Source of the DNA: an uncultured Litorilinea sp.
GTDB taxonomy: Bacteria > Chloroflexota > Anaerolineae > Caldilineales > Caldilineaceae
Length of the DNA stretch: 62,640 nt
Direction of reading: 5' to 3'
Assembly: GCA_964655505.1 (NCBI GenBank)
Contig: CAZZNG010000002.1
Span: 1 to 62,640 of the forward strand
In this document: positions 27,106 to 37,044 of the stretch, piece after piece
Numbering within the stretch: the first letter of the stretch is position 1
Layout of the letters: each line of letters begins with the position of its first letter
Made by a program: the position numbers and the translations under genes
Notes under the pieces: generated by a model
What the model was told of the DNA's origin: nothing
The model's database searches: none
The model's input: only the letters and a program-made list of their open reading frames with translations

Positions 27106-28146
27106 ATGACGCCTTATCTCCTGATAGCGTTTAGCGCGTTGGTCGTTGCCATCGGCAGCACGCCGCTCATGCGGAGGCTGGCGCTACGATGGCATGTAGT
27201 GGACAACCCCAATGCGCGCAAGCTGCACCTGACGCCGGTTCCTCTGCTGGGCGGCGCGGCCATCTATGTTTCGTTTGCCCTGGTCTTGATCTTCTTCGGC
27301 GATCGCGGCTATGTCAACGAAGTGATCGGCATCTTCGTCGGTGCATCCCTGATGAGCATGATGGGGGTCATCGACGACCGCTGGGGGCTGGGCAGCTATA
27401 TCAAGCTCCTGGGGCAATTGGCCGCGGCGGGCATCTTGGTCTTCAGCGGCGTACAAGTGCGCTTGTTCGGCGGCGTGCTCGATATTCTGGTCACCATAAT
27501 ATGGGTCGTCGGCATTACCAATGCCATGAACCTGCTTGATAACATGGACGGGCTATCGGGCGGCATTGCCATGATTGCAGCGGTCTTTTTCACGCTGCTG
27601 GCGGCCATGAGCAATCAATACCTGGTCGGCGCGCTGGCCGCGGCCTTGGCCGGAGCGTGTGCTGGCTTCCTGATTTATAACTGGAACCCGGCGCATATTT
27701 TTATGGGCGACACAGGCAGTCTGTTCCTCGGCTTTCTGCTCTCCGCGGTGGCGATCAAGCTGCGCTTTCCCAGCAACAGCCCAACGGTCACCTGGATGAT
27801 TCCTCTGTTTGTCTTGGCCGTTCCGCTCTTTGACACAACGTTGGTCTTTATCTCGCGCCTGCGCCGGGGCAAGAACCCACTGACCACCCCCGGCAAAGAT
27901 CACATCAGCCATCGCCTGGCCCGCATGACGGGCAGCAAGCGCGAAGCAGTGCTGCTCCTGTATCTGCTAGCGGGCGCGGTGGGTTTGGGCGCTATCTTTT
28001 TGACCCAAGCCCGCTTACGCGAGGCCTTGTTTCTAGCAGGCGCTATTGTCGTTATAGCACTTTTTGGTATCTGGTGGTTGGAGTTTCGCAACGGGGGCGT
28101 TCGCGAAACCGAACCTGCCCAGGCACAAGCTAGGAGTCTTTCTTGA
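27106..28146 (+). CDS. polyprenyl-phosphate N-acetylhexosamine-1-phosphate transferase (MraY/WecA family)
   Basis: 346 aa, polytopic. [15 protein letters not shown] and [11 protein letters not shown] motifs. Confidence 0.85.
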   Translation: MTPYLLIAFSALVVAIGSTPLMRRLALRWHVVDNPNARKLHLTPVPLLGGAAIYVSFALVLIFFGDRGYVNEVIGIFVGASLMSMMGVIDDRWGLGSYIKLLGQLAAAGILVFSGVQVRLFGGVLDILVTIIWVVGITNAMNLLDNMDGLSGGIAMIAAVFFTLLAAMSNQYLVGALAAALAGACAGFLIYNWNPAHIFMGDTGSLFLGFLLSAVAIKLRFPSNSPTVTWMIPLFVLAVPLFDTTLVFISRLRRGKNPLTTPGKDHISHRLARMTGSKREAVLLLYLLAGAVGLGAIFLTQARLREALFLAGAIVVIALFGIWWLEFRNGGVRETEPAQAQARSLS

Positions 28147-29774
28147 GTTATCCACAATCAACCGTTCTCATCTTGGCGCGCCCGCTGCCCGCCCGCTCCG
28201 TCCGTTGGATCGGCGCGCTCATCCTACTGCTTATGCTGCTGCTCTCCGGCTGCGCGACGCGATCCGAGGAGCCTGTCGCGACCGTGATCGCGGAGACACC
28301 GGCAGCCGCGACCGTGCCCGAAGAGGCCGCGGCCATCGCGCCGGTCGCCACCCCTGTCCCTGAAGGAACCGTGCCGCCGCCCGATCTGGCGGATCGCGGC
28401 CCTGCCGCGGAGCTAGAACCGATCGACCGCAACGGCATGTACGATGCGCCGCCGGAAATGAGCATCGACCCGGGCAAATATTACTACGCCACAATCATGA
28501 CCAACCGGGGCGATATTCGCGTGCAGCTTTTTGCCGAGCGCGTGCCCAAGACAGTCAACAACTTTGTCTTTCTGGCGCGCCAGGGCTTCTATGACAACAC
28601 CTCTTTCCATCGGGTGATCGACGGCTTCATGGCCCAAGCGGGCGACCCAACCGGAACCGGCGCAGGCGGCCCAGGCTATGAATTTGAAGATGAGTTTTAC
28701 CCCGGCCTGGTCTTTGATCAATCGGGTCTGCTGGCGATGGCAAACCGCGGCCCCAACACCAACGGCAGCCAGTTCTTTATCACCTTTGGGCCTGCCGATT
28801 GGCTCAACGGCGGCCATACGATCTTTGGCAAGGTCATCGAGGGCGAGGAGGTCTTGAGCCGCATTACGCGCCGCGACCCCAACACCCAATCCGATACACC
28901 CGGCGATACCATCTATGCCGTCACCATCGACGAGAGCGATAGCAGCGTGCTGCCCACGCCGACGCCCGCGCCGCCCACACCAACGCCCACCATGACGCCG
29001 ACGCCCTACGCGCCGACGAGCCTGCAAGGAGATCGCCCCCTGGCCGAGATCCCGGCTGCGCAGCGTGTCAACTATTTCAACACGCCGCCGGAGATGGTGA
29101 TCGACCCGGCAGGGCACTACACCGCGACCATCCGCACCAGCAAGGGCGTCCTGACCGCGACGCTCTTGGCCGACCAAGCCCCGGTTGCATCCAACAACTT
29201 CGTCGTGCTGGCGAACTTGGGCTTCTATGACCAGACGCCCATCAGCCTCGTGCGGCCCGGCGACTCGATCATCTTCGGCGCGCCCGACAACAACCCGCTC
29301 AACGACGCAGGCTATAAGTTCCCAGCAGAGTTTGGCGAGGTCACTGAAACCGACATCGGCGCGATTACGTATATCCCCATGGAAGAACTGCCCGATGGGA
29401 CGATACTGAGCAGCAGCAGCCAATTACTGATTGCATTGATCCAGCCGCCGCCAGAGGCAGCCGCCCAGCTAGCTTTCTTCGCCCAGATCATCGACGGCGA
29501 AGCGGTGCTCAACCAGTTGACCACGGCAGACTCGATCCTTGCCATCGAGATCGAAGGCGAGGTGAAAGAGAGCGCAGCAGGCGCGGCAGACAGCCCGGCG
29601 GATGAGAACGCAGATGATTCGCAGGATGACGCTGTGGATGGCACAGCAGAGGATACGACAGACGGTACTGTGGACGATACCGCAGATGATACCGCAGACG
29701 ACACCGTAGACGACGGCACAGCGGACGGTGCGGGGGACGATGCAGGAGACGCGGAGACGGACGAATCAAATTAG
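28143..29774 (+). CDS. lipoprotein with two cyclophilin-type PPIase domains and an acidic tail
   Basis: 543 aa. TTG start overlapping the previous stop. Lipobox LLLSGC. Domain 1 has [19 protein letters not shown] and [11 protein letters not shown]. Domain 2 is divergent. The C-terminal tail is D/T/A-rich. Confidence 0.85.
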   Translation: MSYPQSTVLILARPLPARSVRWIGALILLLMLLLSGCATRSEEPVATVIAETPAAATVPEEAAAIAPVATPVPEGTVPPPDLADRGPAAELEPIDRNGMYDAPPEMSIDPGKYYYATIMTNRGDIRVQLFAERVPKTVNNFVFLARQGFYDNTSFHRVIDGFMAQAGDPTGTGAGGPGYEFEDEFYPGLVFDQSGLLAMANRGPNTNGSQFFITFGPADWLNGGHTIFGKVIEGEEVLSRITRRDPNTQSDTPGDTIYAVTIDESDSSVLPTPTPAPPTPTPTMTPTPYAPTSLQGDRPLAEIPAAQRVNYFNTPPEMVIDPAGHYTATIRTSKGVLTATLLADQAPVASNNFVVLANLGFYDQTPISLVRPGDSIIFGAPDNNPLNDAGYKFPAEFGEVTETDIGAITYIPMEELPDGTILSSSSQLLIALIQPPPEAAAQLAFFAQIIDGEAVLNQLTTADSILAIEIEGEVKESAAGAADSPADENADDSQDDAVDGTAEDTTDGTVDDTADDTADDTVDDGTADGAGDDAGDAETDESN

Positions 29775-29827
29775 CCCGTTCCCTGTTGTCCCCGGTTGAG
29801 TAAGCGTGCGTGTCGAGGATTGCTTGT

Positions 29828-29881
29828 AAGCGGTGGAGACCGCGCAGGTTGCAGGTTTCCACCGCTTTTCTATCTTGTTTT
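29828..29881 (+). terminator. rho-independent terminator
   Basis: AAGCGGTGGA (29828-29837) pairs with TCCACCGCTT (29858-29867), followed by TTCTATCTTGTTTT. Confidence 0.7.
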
Positions 29882-29916
29882 CCATCCTACCTCTATGGAA
29901 AACGTTAGGAGAGGCC

Positions 29917-30549
29917 ATGCCCGAAGAGACCCCTGCAGTTCAAGATTTTTCTGTCTCATTCAGCACAGACGAGACATCGACAAATCATCCCCTGCGCTGG
30001 ATCTTCGGCGTTCTGGTCGTTATCGCCATCTTCGCCGCCAGCCTCTACCTGGTCGACAATCCCGAATTGGTGCTTCGCTTCGGTCGCTGGGGCTATCTAG
30101 GCGCATTTCTCATCAGCTTGATCGCCAGCGCAACGATCATCTTGCCCGCGCCGGGGATCGCCGTGGTCATCGCCATGGGCGCGGCGCTGGACCCTATTCT
30201 GCTCGGCATTGTGGCGGGCATCGGCAGCGCGGTGGGCGAGTTGAGCGGCTATCTGGCCGGTCGGGGCGGCCGCGCCCTGATTCCGCGCCATCGTCGCGCC
30301 CAGTTTGAACAGTTACAGCGGCTCACGGATCGCTATGGCGCGGCGCTGCTGGTTTTGCTTGCCGCGATCCCGTTCCCGCTGTTCGACTTTGCGGGCATCA
30401 TTGCGGGCATGATGAAGATGCGTGTGACGACCTTTCTCGCCGCGGTCAGCCTAGGCAAGAGTGCCAAGTACGTCTTCATGATCCTCGTCGGCACTGGCCC
30501 GCTCCTGCTCTTGAATGAATTTCTGCAAAACCTGAGCAACGGCTATTAG
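29917..30549 (+). CDS. VTT/DedA-like (YqaA-type) membrane protein
   Basis: 210 aa from ATG 29917 (AGGAGAGG SD); the 29833 start lies inside the terminator. The segment YLGAFLISLIASATIILPAPG..GSAVGELSGYLAG is typical of the family. Confidence 0.7.
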   Translation: MPEETPAVQDFSVSFSTDETSTNHPLRWIFGVLVVIAIFAASLYLVDNPELVLRFGRWGYLGAFLISLIASATIILPAPGIAVVIAMGAALDPILLGIVAGIGSAVGELSGYLAGRGGRALIPRHRRAQFEQLQRLTDRYGAALLVLLAAIPFPLFDFAGIIAGMMKMRVTTFLAAVSLGKSAKYVFMILVGTGPLLLLNEFLQNLSNGY

Positions 30550-30579
30550 GCGGCAGCAGCCCTAACTTGTGGAACAATC

Positions 30580-30623
30580 ACAGAGGTAGTTCCGTCCCAA
30601 TAAGCGGACAGAGCTACCTCTGT
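30580..30623 (+). terminator. 10-bp stem-loop after the VTT gene
   Basis: ACAGAGGTAG (30580-30589) pairs with CTACCTCTGT (30614-30623). No clear T-tract. Confidence 0.4.
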
Positions 30624-30834
30624 CTTAATAAACGGGTAGAGGGGACAGCGGTCACACAGTCACACATCAGCATGATCTGTAGCGTGACCTGTAGCGTGAT
30701 CGATTAGGTGGCCGCGCCAGCCGCCCTACCCGCCAGGCTGTGACGTCCGCCCAGGCTTGCACCAGGACACACAGCAGCCCGATCCATTCAGCAAATCAGC
30801 AAGGACCGCTCGTTCCAGGGAAGGGGAGGCGAAG

Positions 30835-33800
30835 ATGCGCGGCAGATTCCGCCGTATGCTTACCAGTCGTCGCACGTTTGCCGTGTTGGCTATCTTGTTG
30901 ATCGCGGGGCTGGTCATCGGCCCAATGCTGCCGGTATACAGCAGCCCGCTGCAAAGCCGGCCGTTCTACCCTGCCGCCGCGACCGGCAGCGGCATGCGTC
31001 AGGAGATCATGCCTATGGCCCAAATTGATCAACCGGGTTCCAGCAGCGGCACGACGGGGCTGCCCATTGCCCTGAGCGAAGGCGCGCAACAGCCTGTCTC
31101 ACCGCTGGAGATGCCGCCACCGTCGCCCGCGCAGCCGCTAGATGCTGCCACGACCCAGACCATCCTCGACCGGCTGCCGCCACTGGCGACCGAGGTAGAG
31201 GATGTACAAGAACTGCGCCTGCCTGAAGAGAGTTTGCCGCGGCCGCGCACGGGCGACGTAATCACCCAGACCTTCCCCGTCACCGAGACGCTCACGCCGC
31301 CGGAGGAGGTGACGGAAGGGCCGTTGCAGGTCTTGCGCTTCTCGCCCGAAGGCGAGATCGACCTGGCTCCCTTCCTCGGTGTGACCTTCAATCAACCGAT
31401 GGTCCCGCTCAACACGGTCGAGGCACTGGCTGCGGCGGATGTGCCGGTCCAACTCACGCCTGAACTGCCCGGCATCTGGCGCTGGGCCGGGACGCGCACC
31501 CTGACCTTTGAATACAGCGGCGGCGAAAATGAGCGCTTCCCCATGGCGACGGTCTTCACAGCCACCGTGCCCGCGGGAACCACCTCCGCCACAGGCGAAA
31601 CGCTGGAGGAAGCGGTCACATGGACCTTCATGACGCCGCCCCCGCGCATGACCTACACCTCGCCCAGCTACGGCCCCCAGCCGCGCCAGCCCAACATCTT
31701 CGTCGCCTTTGATCAACGCATCGACCCCGCGGCTGTGCTGGAGACGGTCAGCGTGACCGCAGGCGGCAACACCTACCCCGTGCAGTTGATCGAGCAGAGC
31801 GAAGTCGAGACGGATCTTCGCTTAAAGGGCTTGGCGGCGCGTGCAGGCGAAGGCCGCTGGCTAGCCTTTAAGCCGGAGCAAGAACTCCCGGCAGGGACAA
31901 CGGTCGTGGTCAACGTGGGGCCGAATACCCCTTCCGCCGAAGGCCCCCGCACCACTGAACAGGTGCAATCCTTCAGCTTTGAAACCTACTCGGCGCTGCG
32001 TATCGAGCGGGCCAGGTGCAGTTGGGGCGGTGAGCAGTGCCCGCCGCTGACGCCATTTGAGATCGCCTTCAACAACCCGCTGGATCGAGAGGCCTTTGAC
32101 AAGGGCTGGATCACCGTCGAGCCGGAGATCCCCGGCCTGGTCATTGCCAACTATGACTACTCGATCCAGCTTTCGGGCGCGACCCAGGGGCGCACAACCT
32201 ACAAGATCACCGTCGACGGCGACGTGCGCGACATCTTCGGCCAGACCTTGGGCGAGGATCAGACGGTCGAGATCCAAACCGGATCGGCCAGCCGCCAGTT
32301 GGTCGGCACGGACAATGTGCTGATCACAGTCGATCCCTCCAGCACAACGCCGTCCTTCCTGGTCTACACGACCAACATCGAACGCATCCGCGTGCGCGCC
32401 TATGCCGTGACGCCCGAAGATTGGCCCGCGTACCTGGAATTTGTCCAACGACGCTGGGAGGAGACGCTGCCCACGCCGCCCGGCCAACAGGTGCGCTCGT
32501 CGATCATTCAGTTGGAGAGCGAACCGGACACGCTGATCGAGTCCACGATTGACTTAAGCAGTTCGCTGGACGGCGCAACCGGCCATCTGATTGTTGTGGT
32601 GGATGTGCCTTCGCTCAACATCTTTGGCAATAGAAATCGCATCATGCCCGTCATTGCCTGGGTGCAAGTCACCCAGATCGGGCTGGATGCCTACTATGAC
32701 AACGACGATCTGGTCGCTTGGGCCACCAATTTGCAGGACGGCGCGCCGCTCGCCGGGGCCGAGATCAGGTTCCTGAACAGCGAAATTAGCGGCACGACCG
32801 GCGGCGATGGCGTTGTCCGCCTTGAACAGCCGACCGGTATGCGTTCGCCGCTGCTGGTGGCTCAACAAGACGGTGACAGCGCCATTCTGCCGCCGACGCC
32901 CTACCCGTGGCGAGACAGCGGCTGGCTGGCGTTCGAAGAGAACGACGAAGTCCTCTGGTATGTCTTTGATGACCGTGCGCTCTACCGCCCCGGCGAAGAA
33001 GTCCACGTCAAGGGATGGGTGCGGCGCATGGAAAACAACACCGCAGGCAGCATTACGCTGCTCGACGGCGTGACCGCGGTGCGTTATCAGGTCATGGACC
33101 CGCAAGGCAGCCTCTTGGTCGATGAAATGACCGATGTGAATAACCTCGGCGGCTTCGACTTCAACTTTACGCTGCCCACCAACGTCAACCTGGGCTATGC
33201 CAATATTCAGCTTCAGGTGATGGGCGCTACCGGCGTCTATGCGACCGAGATGTACCACTCGTTCCAGATTCAAGAGTTCCGGCGGCCTGAATTTGAAGTG
33301 CGCGCCCGCAACGACGAAGAAGGGCCGTTCTTTGCCCAGGAGGACGCGACCGTCGCGGTCAGCGCCAGCTACTTCGCGGGCGGCCCCCTGCCCAATGCAG
33401 AAACCATCTGGAACGTGACTGCTTCGCCAAGCACCTATACGCCGCCCAACTGGCCGGGGTGGACCTTTGGCCGTTGGGTTCCGTGGTGGCGCTCGGCTGA
33501 ACCTGAATACAGTTCGACCAGCTACACCTACGAGGCGCGCACCGACGCGTCCGGCACACACTACCTGAACATGGCCTTTGGCACGCCAACGGTCCCGCGC
33601 CCCTACTCGGTGATGGCCGAAGCGGTGGTCATGGATGTCAACCGCCAAGCGTGGGCATCGACAACCAATCTGCTGGTGCATCCCGCTTCGCTCTATGTGG
33701 GGCTGCGCAGCGAGCGTACCTTCGTCGAGCAAGGCGACCCGCTGGAGATTCAGGCGGTTGTGGTCGACCTGGACGGCAAACCCGTAGAAGACCGGCCTAT

Positions 33801-36800
33801 CCAGATGCGCGCCGCCAACCTGGCGTGGGAATACGAGAACAACCGCTGGCAGCAGGTCGAACAGGATGTGCAGGAATGCACGGTCGGCTCGCAGCTAGAG
33901 CCGGTCAGCTGCACCTTTGAAACGGAATCGGGCGGCGAATATCGCATCGTTGCCACCATCCAAGACGGTCAAGGGCGCGCCAACAGCACCGAATTGACTC
34001 GCTGGGTTGCGGGCGGCAAGCGCCCGGCGCAGCGCAACGTCGAGCAGGAAGAAGCGACGTTGATCCCCAACCAAGAGACCTACCAGCCGGGCGACACAGC
34101 CGAGATCCTGGTGCAGTCGCCCTTTGTCCCGGCCCAGGGCTTGCTGACCTTGAGCCGCAGCGGGATTGTCTCCACCGAACGCTTCACCATGACCGAGAGC
34201 ACCTATACGCTGCAAATTCCGATTGAGGAGGCGTATATTCCCAACATCTATGTCAGGGTGGATCTGGCCGGTGCAGCAGAGCGCCTGGATGACCAGGGCG
34301 AGCCGGTCGAGGGCGTTCCCCCGCGGCCCGCGTATGCCGTGGGCACGCTTGATCTCGCGGTGCCGCCCATCAGCCGCACGCTGGACGTGACCGCAACCCT
34401 AGAGACGACTGAATTCGCACCGGGGGCCGAGACAAGCATCGACCTGCAAGTGCTCGATGCCGAAGGCGCGCCGGTCGAAGGGGCCGAGTTGGCCGTTGTC
34501 GTGGTGGACGAGGCGATCTTGGCGTTGACCGGCTATCAACTGGCCGACCCGGTTGCCACCTTCTACCGCACCCGGCCCAGCAATGTCAGTGCGGTGCACG
34601 GGCGTGCATCGTTGGTGCTGGCCGACCCCGCTGCCCTAGCCCAGGGGGTAGCCAACGGCATTGCCGGTGACGGAGACATGGCGATGCGCGCCATGCCAAC
34701 CATGGCAGCGGCCGCGCCTGCGCCCGCAGCCGAAGAAAGTGCGATGGCGTTCGACATGGCGGAGGCCGAAAGCGCAGAGGCTGCACCGGGCGCAGCGCCG
34801 TCGCCCATCACCGTGCGCACCGACTTTAACCCGCTGGCCCTCTTTGACCCCGCGGTTCGCACCGACGCCGAAGGCAAAGCGCAGGTGGATGTACGCCTGC
34901 CCGACAACTTGACCCGCTACCGCATCATGGTGGTGGCTGTGGCCGGGGGCGAGTATTACGGCGCGGCCGAGGCCAACCTGACGGCTCGCCTGCCGTTGAT
35001 GGTGCGTCCATCGGCCCCCCGCTTCCAGCTGCCCATTGTGCTGCAAAATCAGACCGACGACCCCATGACGGTGGACGTGGTGGTGCAAGCGGGCAATCTC
35101 GATCTGCTGGCCGATCAGGGGCAGCGGCTCGACGTGCCCCCCAATGACCGTCGAGAGGTGCGCTTCCCAGTGACCACCCAGAATGCAGGCACGGCTCGCC
35201 TGCAGATTGCAGCGGTGGCAGGCGACTATGCCGACGCGGCCACGGTCGATCTGCCGGTCTACACCCCGGCCACGACCGAAGCGTTCGCCACCTATGGCGT
35301 GCTCGACGAAGGCGCGGTGGTGCAGCCGGTGGCATCGCCGGAGAATGTCTTCCCGCAGTTCGGCGGGCTGACCATCTCCACATCGTCCACCGCGCTGCAA
35401 GCGCTGACCGATGCGGTGCTCTATCTCTCGACCTACCCATATGAATACTCGGAGCAGCTTGCGTCGCGCATCCTGGGCATTGCTGCCTTGCGCGACGTGC
35501 TGGCCGCGTTCGAGGCCGAAGGGCTGCCCGATCCGGAAGCGCTGCAAAAGCAGGTCGATGCAGACATTGCCCGCCTACAGCAGTTGCAGAATGATGATGG
35601 CGGCTGGCCCATCTGGTCGCGCGGCCATGAGTCTGTGCCCTACTACAGTATCCATGTGGCCCATGCGCTGGCGCGGGCACAGCAAAAAGACTTCGCCGTG
35701 CCGCAGGAGATGATCGACCGGGCGTTGAGCCACCTGCGAAACATCGAGTCCTACTATCCCCATTGGTACAGCGCGCAGACGCGCCACGCGTTGAGCACCT
35801 ATGCCGTCTATGTGCGCGATCTCTTGGGCGATGTGGATACGCTCAAGGCGCGCACCTTGCTCAACGAGATGCCGCTGGAGCAGCAGTCGCTCGAAGCGAT
35901 TGCTTGGCTCTGGCAGGTATTGAGCGATGACGCGGCCTCGGTCAACGAGGTGGAGCGCATCCGCACCCACGTCAACAACCGGGCTGTCGAAACCGCGTCC
36001 GCGGCCAACTTCACCACCTCCTATGGCGACGACGCCTATCTGATGCTCCATTCCAACCGGCGCACCGACGCGATTGTGCTGGATGCGATGATCAACGACC
36101 AGCCCGACAGCGACCTGATCCCCAAGATCGTCAATGGGCTGTTGGCGCACCGCACCAAGGGGCGTTGGAGCAACACCCAGGAGAATGTCTTTGTCCTGCT
36201 GGCGCTGGATCGCTACTTCAACACCTATGAGTCGGTCACGCCTGACTTCGTGGCGCGGCTCTGGCTGGGCGAAACCTATGTGGGCAGCCATGAATTTGAG
36301 GGGCGCACCACCGACACGCGTGAGACAACGGTTCCCATGCGCTACCTGGTCGATCCTGCACTGGGCGGCCTAGAAGGCGAGGGCGAGACGCAAGATCTGG
36401 TCATTGCCAAGGAGGGCGACGGGCGGCTCTATTACCGCCTGGGGCTGCGCTATGCACCGGAGGATCTGGACCTCGACCCGCTGGACATGGGCTTCACCGT
36501 GCAGCGTGTCTATGAGGCAGTCGACGATCCGGAGGATGTGCGCCGCGACGAGGATGGGACATGGCACATCAAAGCCGGGGCGCGCGTGCGCGTCAAGCTG
36601 ACCCTGGTCGCCAACAACCGCCGCTACCATGTGGCGCTGGTCGATCCCCTGCCCGCGGGGCTGGAGGCCATCAACCCGGCCTTGGCGGTTAGCGAAGACC
36701 TGCCCGCCGACCCCAGCGAGCGCAGCGGCTGGTGGTGGTGGACATGGTACGAACACCAGAACCTGCGCGATGAACGGGCCGAAGCCTTTACCACGCTGCT

Positions 36801-36942
36801 CTGGGAGGGCGTCTACACCTATTCGTATGTGGCCCGCGCCACCACGCCCGGCGAGTTCGTCGTGCCCCCGACCAAGGCAGAGGAGATGTACTCGCCTGAA
36901 GTCTTTGGCCGCGGCAGCAGCGACCGGGTGATCGTCGAGTAG
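30835..36942 (+). CDS. bacterial alpha-2-macroglobulin family protein, thioester-less
   Basis: 2035 aa from ATG 30835 (AAGGGGAGG SD at 30821-30829). N-terminal TM anchor. Length and MG-domain-like architecture fit the family. The thioester-site region reads YPYEYSEQ where PYGCxEQ is expected. Confidence 0.85.
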   Translation: MRGRFRRMLTSRRTFAVLAILLIAGLVIGPMLPVYSSPLQSRPFYPAAATGSGMRQEIMPMAQIDQPGSSSGTTGLPIALSEGAQQPVSPLEMPPPSPAQPLDAATTQTILDRLPPLATEVEDVQELRLPEESLPRPRTGDVITQTFPVTETLTPPEEVTEGPLQVLRFSPEGEIDLAPFLGVTFNQPMVPLNTVEALAAADVPVQLTPELPGIWRWAGTRTLTFEYSGGENERFPMATVFTATVPAGTTSATGETLEEAVTWTFMTPPPRMTYTSPSYGPQPRQPNIFVAFDQRIDPAAVLETVSVTAGGNTYPVQLIEQSEVETDLRLKGLAARAGEGRWLAFKPEQELPAGTTVVVNVGPNTPSAEGPRTTEQVQSFSFETYSALRIERARCSWGGEQCPPLTPFEIAFNNPLDREAFDKGWITVEPEIPGLVIANYDYSIQLSGATQGRTTYKITVDGDVRDIFGQTLGEDQTVEIQTGSASRQLVGTDNVLITVDPSSTTPSFLVYTTNIERIRVRAYAVTPEDWPAYLEFVQRRWEETLPTPPGQQVRSSIIQLESEPDTLIESTIDLSSSLDGATGHLIVVVDVPSLNIFGNRNRIMPVIAWVQVTQIGLDAYYDNDDLVAWATNLQDGAPLAGAEIRFLNSEISGTTGGDGVVRLEQPTGMRSPLLVAQQDGDSAILPPTPYPWRDSGWLAFEENDEVLWYVFDDRALYRPGEEVHVKGWVRRMENNTAGSITLLDGVTAVRYQVMDPQGSLLVDEMTDVNNLGGFDFNFTLPTNVNLGYANIQLQVMGATGVYATEMYHSFQIQEFRRPEFEVRARNDEEGPFFAQEDATVAVSASYFAGGPLPNAETIWNVTASPSTYTPPNWPGWTFGRWVPWWRSAEPEYSSTSYTYEARTDASGTHYLNMAFGTPTVPRPYSVMAEAVVMDVNRQAWASTTNLLVHPASLYVGLRSERTFVEQGDPLEIQAVVVDLDGKPVEDRPIQMRAANLAWEYENNRWQQVEQDVQECTVGSQLEPVSCTFETESGGEYRIVATIQDGQGRANSTELTRWVAGGKRPAQRNVEQEEATLIPNQETYQPGDTAEILVQSPFVPAQGLLTLSRSGIVSTERFTMTESTYTLQIPIEEAYIPNIYVRVDLAGAAERLDDQGEPVEGVPPRPAYAVGTLDLAVPPISRTLDVTATLETTEFAPGAETSIDLQVLDAEGAPVEGAELAVVVVDEAILALTGYQLADPVATFYRTRPSNVSAVHGRASLVLADPAALAQGVANGIAGDGDMAMRAMPTMAAAAPAPAAEESAMAFDMAEAESAEAAPGAAPSPITVRTDFNPLALFDPAVRTDAEGKAQVDVRLPDNLTRYRIMVVAVAGGEYYGAAEANLTARLPLMVRPSAPRFQLPIVLQNQTDDPMTVDVVVQAGNLDLLADQGQRLDVPPNDRREVRFPVTTQNAGTARLQIAAVAGDYADAATVDLPVYTPATTEAFATYGVLDEGAVVQPVASPENVFPQFGGLTISTSSTALQALTDAVLYLSTYPYEYSEQLASRILGIAALRDVLAAFEAEGLPDPEALQKQVDADIARLQQLQNDDGGWPIWSRGHESVPYYSIHVAHALARAQQKDFAVPQEMIDRALSHLRNIESYYPHWYSAQTRHALSTYAVYVRDLLGDVDTLKARTLLNEMPLEQQSLEAIAWLWQVLSDDAASVNEVERIRTHVNNRAVETASAANFTTSYGDDAYLMLHSNRRTDAIVLDAMINDQPDSDLIPKIVNGLLAHRTKGRWSNTQENVFVLLALDRYFNTYESVTPDFVARLWLGETYVGSHEFEGRTTDTRETTVPMRYLVDPALGGLEGEGETQDLVIAKEGDGRLYYRLGLRYAPEDLDLDPLDMGFTVQRVYEAVDDPEDVRRDEDGTWHIKAGARVRVKLTLVANNRRYHVALVDPLPAGLEAINPALAVSEDLPADPSERSGWWWWTWYEHQNLRDERAEAFTTLLWEGVYTYSYVARATTPGEFVVPPTKAEEMYSPEVFGRGSSDRVIVE

Positions 36943-36962
36943 GCTGTACAGCCTAAACAAAA

Positions 36963-36988
36963 GGGGCCGGTAGATGCAAACCGGCCCC
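36963..36988 (+). terminator. stem-loop terminator after the alpha-2-macroglobulin gene
   Basis: GGGGCCGG (36963-36970) pairs with CCGGCCCC (36981-36988), 21 nt after the stop. Confidence 0.5.
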
Positions 36989-37004
36989 CGCAGGAGAAAA
37001 AAAA

Positions 37005-37040
37005 GGGAGGCCGCACACCGGATGCAGCCTCCCTTTTCTT
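37005..37040. terminator. bidirectional rho-independent terminator
   Basis: An A8 tract, then GGGAGGC (37005-37011) pairing with GCCTCCC (37027-37033), then TTTTCTT. Lies between convergent genes. Confidence 0.7.
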
Positions 37041-37044
37041 GCGT

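Noticed and set aside
9859-28146. Glycan locus considered as a horizontally acquired island
   Set aside because: No flanking tRNA, integrase, direct repeats or global G+C drop is visible. Only local lower-G+C patches occur, for example within 13030-14271.
29833-29916. N-terminal extension of the VTT/DedA-like ORF
   Set aside because: It lies within the terminator of the upstream gene. ATG 29917 has an AGGAGAGG SD.
30757-30834. N-terminal extension of the alpha-2-macroglobulin ORF
   Set aside because: ATG 30835 has a strong AAGGGGAGG SD 5 nt upstream and begins a typical basic n-region plus TM helix.
32554-33732. 392-aa minus-strand ORF, plus several others inside 30835-36942
   Set aside because: Antisense or alternative-frame shadows within the alpha-2-macroglobulin gene.
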